IMG/VR virus record: IMGVR_UViG_3300016472_001095
Length of the DNA stretch: 64,000 bases
Origin: an uncultured virus (IMG/VR IMGVR_UViG_3300016472_001095)
Lineage: Duplodnaviria > Heunggongvirae > Uroviricota > Caudoviricetes
Direction: 5' to 3' (one strand)
The notes beneath the pieces were generated by a model. It was not told where the DNA came from and did no database searches. It worked only from the letters and a program-made list of their open reading frames with translations. Positions 58,361-64,000 of the stretch are shown here, in pieces. Numbering within the stretch: position 1 is the first letter of the stretch; each line of letters starts with the position of its first letter. Position numbers and translations under genes: made by a program.

Positions 58361-60662
58361 TATACAAAAAATTTTAAATTTTAATAACAAAAAGTTTGAT
58401 CCTTCTATTGTTAATTCAGATCAAATTAAATATATTGTAACTTATCTTGCAGAAGCTATAGAAAGCCTGGAAGGCGATGTTGTTGAATTGGGATGTTACG
58501 TAGGAGAGACCAGTAAGTACATTTCAAAAACATTAGAAGTTGCTAATTCTAATAAAAGCTTTTTTGTATTTGATTCGTTCGAAGGGCTTCCTGATTTGTC
58601 TAAATTTGAAGAAGGCACAGGGTGGAAGCCGAGGACTTTAAACACTACAGAAGAAGTATTGACAGAAAATTTTACTATTAATAACGTAAAATTGCCAATT
58701 ATAACTAAGTCTTGGTTTAAAGATATTAGGGACGATCAGCTTCCCGAAAAAATATGCTTTGCATTTTTAGATGGTGATTTTTATACCTCTATTTTTGATA
58801 GTTTAGAAAAAATTTATAACCGAGTAGTTGATGGCGGGTATATTTTAGTTCATGATTATAAGCGTAATGATTTACCCGGGGTAGAAGCTGCAATATTAGA
58901 ATACTTTAGATTGAATAATATAGAACTTAATATTATAGAAATATGCGAACAGCTAGCTGTTATTTGCAAAAACAAAGAAATCAAAAAGATTGAACCCTCA
59001 AAGTCAAAATTCACTATTGTCACAGGCCTTTGGGATATTGGCAGAGATAAGCTCAAGGAAGGATGGTCTAGAGGCTATTCTCACTACTTAAATAAATTAG
59101 AGGAGCTTTTGAAAGCTGATTTTAATTTAATTATTTTCGGTGATGAAGAATTAGAAAAGTTTGTTTTTGAGAGAAGAGAACACTATAATACTCAATTTGT
59201 TAGACGAGATTTAAATTGGATTAAAAACATGCCATTTTTTAATAAAATTCAAGAAATTAGAACGGACCCTAATTGGTATAATCAAGCCGGTTGGTTATCT
59301 GAATCTACACAAGCAAAGCTCGAGCTCTATAATCCATTAGTAATGAGTAAAGTATTTTTGCTCAACGACGCTAAAATTTTAGATAAATTTGATTCTGAGT
59401 TTCTCTTTTGGCTAGATGCTGGTATAACAAACACAGTACATTATGGGTATTTTACACATGATAAAGTACTAGAAAAGCTACCTAAATTTTTAGAGAAGTT
59501 TTTATTTATAAGCTTTCCTTATCCCGATGGTGGAGAAATACATGGGTTTTCTAGAGAAAAAATGAATGAATTAGCGGGCGTTGAAAATGTTGAATATGTC
59601 TGTAGAGCCGGTTTTTTTGGCGGCCCTAAAGCATCAATCTCCGAAATTAACAGTATATATTATACTTTGTTAAACAACACACTTAATGATGGGTATATGG
59701 GAACAGAAGAAAGCATCTTTACATTAATGACATATCTCCACCCCCATCTTTTTACAAGAGTTTCAATAGACGGCAACGGACTTTTAAGTAAGTTTTTTGA
59801 GGACCTTAAAAACCTAGATATTTCAGAAAAAAATATTGATTTGGATAGTAGAGTACTCTCCGGTGTAAGCATATATGTCATAACATTTAATTCGCCAAAG
59901 CAATTTGAAATTCTATGTGAATCGTATTTAAAGCATCCAGGGTTTTTAAAAGAAACTAAAAATTATCTATTAGATAATAGCACGGATGAATCTACATTTG
60001 AAAAATATAAATTGTTGTGTGAAAAATATAATTTTGAGCACATTAAAAAAGACAACTTAGGTATATGTGGCGGTAGACAATTTATTGCAGATCATTTTAA
60101 TGAAAGTGATTCTAAGTATTGTATCTTTTTGGAGGATGATATGGGGCTTTGTGAGCAAACTACAGATCTTTGTAGAAATGGTTTCCCAAGATATACAGAT
60201 AATTTATTTTACAAATTAGTAAAAATAATGGATATAGAAAAGTTTGATTTTCTTAAATTGTCGTTTAGTGAATTTTTTGGAGATAACTCAATACAATGGG
60301 CTTGGTATAATGTACCCCAGGTAGTTCGCGAAAGATTCTGGCCTCATAACAAAAAGCTACCAAAAATGGGTCTAGACCCTAATGCACCTAGAACAGAATT
60401 TAAAAATATAGATTTTATTGATGGGCTTGGTTATATTACAGGAGATATATATTACTGCAATTGGCCTCAAATAGTATCTAAGGAAGGCAATAAAAAAATG
60501 TTTATTGAAACTAAATGGGCATCGCCATTTGAACAAACATGGATGTCTTATATGTATCAGCTTACTAAGGAAAATAAATTAAAAGGCGCGTTGTTATTAC
60601 TGTCTCCTATTGAACACAATAGATTTGATCATTACTCTAGAGAATTACGTAGAGAAAACTAA
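58353..60662 (+). CDS. Tri-domain protein: TylF/MycF-type sugar O-methyltransferase + HtrL-like glycosyltransferase + GT2-like domain
   Basis: GDVVELGCYVG, FDSFEGLP, WFKD, FAFLDGDFYTS, HDY..LPGV (TylF). TIVTGLWDIGR, MSKVFLL, FWLDAG, FFGG, GTEE (HtrL-like). LLDNS, NLGICGGRQF, FLEDD. Confidence 0.82.
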   Translation: MINIQKILNFNNKKFDPSIVNSDQIKYIVTYLAEAIESLEGDVVELGCYVGETSKYISKTLEVANSNKSFFVFDSFEGLPDLSKFEEGTGWKPRTLNTTEEVLTENFTINNVKLPIITKSWFKDIRDDQLPEKICFAFLDGDFYTSIFDSLEKIYNRVVDGGYILVHDYKRNDLPGVEAAILEYFRLNNIELNIIEICEQLAVICKNKEIKKIEPSKSKFTIVTGLWDIGRDKLKEGWSRGYSHYLNKLEELLKADFNLIIFGDEELEKFVFERREHYNTQFVRRDLNWIKNMPFFNKIQEIRTDPNWYNQAGWLSESTQAKLELYNPLVMSKVFLLNDAKILDKFDSEFLFWLDAGITNTVHYGYFTHDKVLEKLPKFLEKFLFISFPYPDGGEIHGFSREKMNELAGVENVEYVCRAGFFGGPKASISEINSIYYTLLNNTLNDGYMGTEESIFTLMTYLHPHLFTRVSIDGNGLLSKFFEDLKNLDISEKNIDLDSRVLSGVSIYVITFNSPKQFEILCESYLKHPGFLKETKNYLLDNSTDESTFEKYKLLCEKYNFEHIKKDNLGICGGRQFIADHFNESDSKYCIFLEDDMGLCEQTTDLCRNGFPRYTDNLFYKLVKIMDIEKFDFLKLSFSEFFGDNSIQWAWYNVPQVVRERFWPHNKKLPKMGLDPNAPRTEFKNIDFIDGLGYITGDIYYCNWPQIVSKEGNKKMFIETKWASPFEQTWMSYMYQLTKENKLKGALLLLSPIEHNRFDHYSRELRREN

Positions 60663-60703
60663 TTTAGTACGTTTAAATACGTGTATTTTAAGTAAATAAT
60701 AAT

Positions 60704-61555
60704 GTGAATTATGTAAATTACGTTTTGTCGAGCGTACAAATTCCCGGATATCCTTCTGTATTAAATCATTATATTTTTATTGACCCTGTACTAGGAACTT
60801 CTATTAATTGGCCTGCCTGTGCAAACGGAAGCTTTTTTTCTGAAACAACCGGCACGTTTGTATACCCCGCAACTGCTAAAGGCGGTTTATTTTTCCCTTG
60901 GGGTTATTCAGTTGAAAACACCACACTTACAGCAGATTTAGGCATATTTAAAGGGCAGGTAACTCTTTTAATTAGCCCCTCAGCTATAGATAATACGTAT
61001 TTTACAACATTAAAAATAATTTACGATTTTAATGATAATGAGATTATTAACATTGAAAAGGGTATTGTAGAAAATATTTTACCAGGCAATGTTGCTTTTC
61101 TTGATGCTGGCAACCCAAACGATAAAAATATATCACACGTATATACATCAAAATCATTAAGCGGGACAACTTATTATCCAACTATTACTGTTTTAAACGG
61201 TAATATGGCATTAAGTGTTTTTAATTTAAAGCTTTCACTTCTACCTGGCACAGTATTCGATTTTGAAGATTTTCATCTAATAAATACCTCACAGCTTTCT
61301 AGGTTTGACGCACCGCAATTTAAATCATTAGAAGTGTTTGAATTAGATGAAGAAAACAATAATTTTGTATCAAATTTTCTTTTAATAAGCTCTTATCCCA
61401 CCCCTACGCCTTCCTACACGCCAGTGCCCACCCCTACACCATCAATTACCCCTACTATAACACCTACTATTACTCCTACTAAAACTGTTACGCCTACGAT
61501 AACACCCTCACCATCTATTACACCTACTATAACTCCATCGAGGTCGAGTTTATAA
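60704..61555 (+). CDS. Virion protein with C-terminal mucin-like Thr/Pro/Ser tail
   Basis: TAAATA(60693)-5-GTG. C-terminus PTPTPSYTPVPTPTPSITPTITPTITPTKTVTPTITPSPSITPTITPS. Confidence 0.7.
   Translation: MNYVNYVLSSVQIPGYPSVLNHYIFIDPVLGTSINWPACANGSFFSETTGTFVYPATAKGGLFFPWGYSVENTTLTADLGIFKGQVTLLISPSAIDNTYFTTLKIIYDFNDNEIINIEKGIVENILPGNVAFLDAGNPNDKNISHVYTSKSLSGTTYYPTITVLNGNMALSVFNLKLSLLPGTVFDFEDFHLINTSQLSRFDAPQFKSLEVFELDEENNNFVSNFLLISSYPTPTPSYTPVPTPTPSITPTITPTITPTKTVTPTITPSPSITPTITPSRSSL
61396..61540 (+). repeat. Thr/Pro/Ser-rich coding repeat (TPTI/TPSI, 12 bp units)
   Basis: Direct reading of the sequence. Confidence 0.85.
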
Positions 61556-61564
61556 ATATTTACT

Positions 61565-64000
61565 ATGGATGTAATTAATTTAGATAGTACTAATTTTGTT
61601 GGTTTGTCAGCAAAATATAGCAATGATGAAACTTTAAAGTTTAATCAATCTATTATATTTTCTGAACAAAGCATCTATCTATCGCTTAACGAAATATTGA
61701 AAGAAATTTACGATAATAAAATAAACAACTATTCTAATTTGTTTTTAACAAATAAAAACGTTCTATCAACCGGTATATATATTGATAAACTAGAGCCATT
61801 AGAAGATGAAGGGTTCTCTACATATTTTGCTGCTAATGCTGCGGGTACTATAACACCATCTACTAAATTTTGGGTAGTAGATGAACCCGCAATTAGCGTA
61901 AATGTAGCGCAAGTTAAAGTAGATGGCGAGTTTAGTACTATAAACAACAAGTATTTTTTTGATGTAGAGCTATTAACTGAAAAACTTTGTAAAATTTCCC
62001 ACGAAAACAGCAACGTTACTAGATATTTAACTGTCGATTATACCGGTAATCTGTCTTTTGCAAAAGATGCAGGATTAGATTTAATTGGCCCTCTTAGCCC
62101 CCAGATATTTTATTACATTTATGATAGAGCTTATAATTATATGGTTTTAATAAAAAACATAAACGATATACCTAAATTTGTTACTTTTAGCGCTAATAAT
62201 GAAGATCTTGCATTAACCGATCCCATTACAGGTACGAGTATACCGTATTCAATAACTTCTGTTTTTAGAGTAAGAGAAAGAAACCCTCTTCCCAATAAAA
62301 CAGAATTATTAGATCCTTGGGTTAGCTATACAAAAGATTTTAAAACAAATTCACAAGATATTAATGCTGATAGAAGTTTTGATAACACTAATACAAACTT
62401 TTTAATTAATAACCAGTATTATACAATTTCTGGTAACGAAATTAACTTTAATTTATTATCACTTAAAAATACCTCTACCCCGGAATACAACATTTCTAGA
62501 GCTAATCCTTTTTTTGATGAAATAAATGTTGAGTTTAGAGACTATAAAAAGCTTCATACAGGTACATATCAAAATTTAGGAAATGATAATATTACTGCTG
62601 GGTTTGAAAGTTATACTAATGCTATAACTCTTAAGAAAGATAAAGTAACATATTTTCATATTCCTCAAGTATTTTATCCTTTTTTAAGACTTAATATAAA
62701 TGATTCTGGATTGACAGAAGCAGGAGCTATAGCTGGTGATCATCCTTTAAAATCAGATAAAATATTTAAGAAAAAAGCTGATTATAAATATACTTCTAAT
62801 TTTGGCGATACTGCGGAAGAAAATTCAGGCGAATTTTTATGCGCATGGCTTTCCGGAAATACAAGCCCAGACGTTAGACCTGTGTGGGTAGATAGATATT
62901 ATAATCCAAAGAAAATTTCTGGTTATCAAGCTCTAACTGCATCAGACTTTAAAGCAATTAAATATATTTCTAATTTTGACTGCTTGGTAGAGAAAGCTTT
63001 TGAAACGTTTGCGAGGGATGTGGATGTTTTTGATAAACCATCTGACTTAATTTTTGAAAAAGGAACTTATTATGCGTATCATCATTACGGGCCAAAAGAC
63101 GTAGATAAATTTATTGAAACCCTATCTCTCGATCTGGTAGAAAAAGGTATAAAGACTTATCTTTTCAATAATGGTGCTGACGCTACATATACTGCGGTAA
63201 TAAATGAAAGTGATGAGGTATCAGAATATTTATTTGACGGTAAGAAATACGGTACTACCTCACAGTTATCCGCTATTCAGGCGTCTAACCAATTTACTTT
63301 AGTTTTTGATGGCTACAGTTCAGATTGGAATAAACCCATAGGAAATCAATTAGTTGGTAATTATGATAGAGACGGTTTTGGTATTTTTAATGAAAATTTA
63401 GTTACACCCACTTTATTTGTACCTATTTTAAGTGGTCTGTATGTTACAAACTTAGATTATAGAATTCTCAATACATTAAAGTTCGATAGTAATATTACAG
63501 GTATTATAAGACTTCAGGGTATGAACGATTTTTATGGCATATTTGAAGACAATAGCTTTAGAAGATTTAATTTAAATTACTCTGAAACAAGACGTGGTTA
63601 TCCTGCTGATATAACAGATGAATTAGGTAAAGTTAGAGGTGTTGATTATAATGAAACAGATGCAAGAGTTCTTATTGGCGATAACCCCGGGGTTAAAAAA
63701 CTAATGAGGCTAGATTTAAACTCTCATGAAATTACAGATATTACTTCTGGTACTTTTAATTTAACAAAATACCCTAGAAGAATATCAAAAGGGCTTAATA
63801 TAAACACAGCAAATTCAATAGTATTTTATAATGACGTAATGTATTTAACGCAAGGTTCAAAAGCAATAAGAGCCAAAGATACAATTTTTTATAATTTTGA
63901 AAATTCTCAAATACTACAATGGAAGGATATTACTAATTTAACAAGTATTAATCCAATAACAGCATTTGTATCAAGCACTACTATAAATGACTTTTCTGTA
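61565..64000 (+). CDS. Large virion structural protein, 3'-truncated by the window (not in the ORF track)
   Basis: TATAAATA(61551)-6-ATG(61565), reading MDVINLDSTNFVGLSAKYSNDETLKF... The frame appears open to the window end, which explains its absence from the track. Confidence 0.75.
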   Translation, partial: MDVINLDSTNFVGLSAKYSNDETLKFNQSIIFSEQSIYLSLNEILKEIYDNKINNYSNLFLTNKNVLSTGIYIDKLEPLEDEGFSTYFAANAAGTITPSTKFWVVDEPAISVNVAQVKVDGEFSTINNKYFFDVELLTEKLCKISHENSNVTRYLTVDYTGNLSFAKDAGLDLIGPLSPQIFYYIYDRAYNYMVLIKNINDIPKFVTFSANNEDLALTDPITGTSIPYSITSVFRVRERNPLPNKTELLDPWVSYTKDFKTNSQDINADRSFDNTNTNFLINNQYYTISGNEINFNLLSLKNTSTPEYNISRANPFFDEINVEFRDYKKLHTGTYQNLGNDNITAGFESYTNAITLKKDKVTYFHIPQVFYPFLRLNINDSGLTEAGAIAGDHPLKSDKIFKKKADYKYTSNFGDTAEENSGEFLCAWLSGNTSPDVRPVWVDRYYNPKKISGYQALTASDFKAIKYISNFDCLVEKAFETFARDVDVFDKPSDLIFEKGTYYAYHHYGPKDVDKFIETLSLDLVEKGIKTYLFNNGADATYTAVINESDEVSEYLFDGKKYGTTSQLSAIQASNQFTLVFDGYSSDWNKPIGNQLVGNYDRDGFGIFNENLVTPTLFVPILSGLYVTNLDYRILNTLKFDSNITGIIRLQGMNDFYGIFEDNSFRRFNLNYSETRRGYPADITDELGKVRGVDYNETDARVLIGDNPGVKKLMRLDLNSHEITDITSGTFNLTKYPRRISKGLNINTANSIVFYNDVMYLTQGSKAIRAKDTIFYNFENSQILQWKDITNLTSINPITAFVSSTTINDFSV

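Noticed and set aside
1..64000. Alternative genetic code, inteins or introns in core genes
   Set aside because: Core genes (gp43, gp41, gp17, gp18, gp61) are full length and uninterrupted under the standard code, and TAA, TGA and TAG all serve as stops.

Overview
A gene-dense, AT-rich 64 kb segment of a large T4-like myovirus genome (standard genetic code; no tRNA, CRISPR or mobile element seen). Positions 1-21 kb hold the replication/recombination module: gp46, gp43 polymerase, UvsX, gp41, probable gp59, gp32, gp45 and gp61. Interleaved with it are two glycosyltransferases, a divergent QueC, a class II glutamine amidotransferase missed by the ORF track (ATT start), a ribosomal protein bS21 homolog and an RmlD-like sugar reductase. 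Positions 21-54 kb hold the packaging and virion module: gp14, gp17, gp18, gp19, baseplate and hub genes, tape measure, a lytic-transglycosylase tail protein, probable gp16, gp25, gp6 and large wedge/fibre proteins. Positions 54-60.7 kb are a five-gene glycosyltransferase/methyltransferase operon led by a GT60 polypeptide GlcNAc-transferase, sandwiched between two structural genes with mucin-like Thr/Pro/Ser tracts. Highlights: (1) a candidate phage-encoded mucin-type virion O-glycosylation system; (2) near genome-wide leaderless promoter geometry (TTGnnn-16-TAnnnT-6-start and TAAATA-5/7-start) alongside a phage bS21 and one gene with a perfect Shine-Dalgarno and an ATT start; (3) a split QueC + amidotransferase pair; (4) three fibre genes sharing an N-terminal anchor module; (5) a nested in-frame late isoform and putative capsid-targeting propeptides. 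All product calls rest on motif recognition and synteny by eye, with no database searches.
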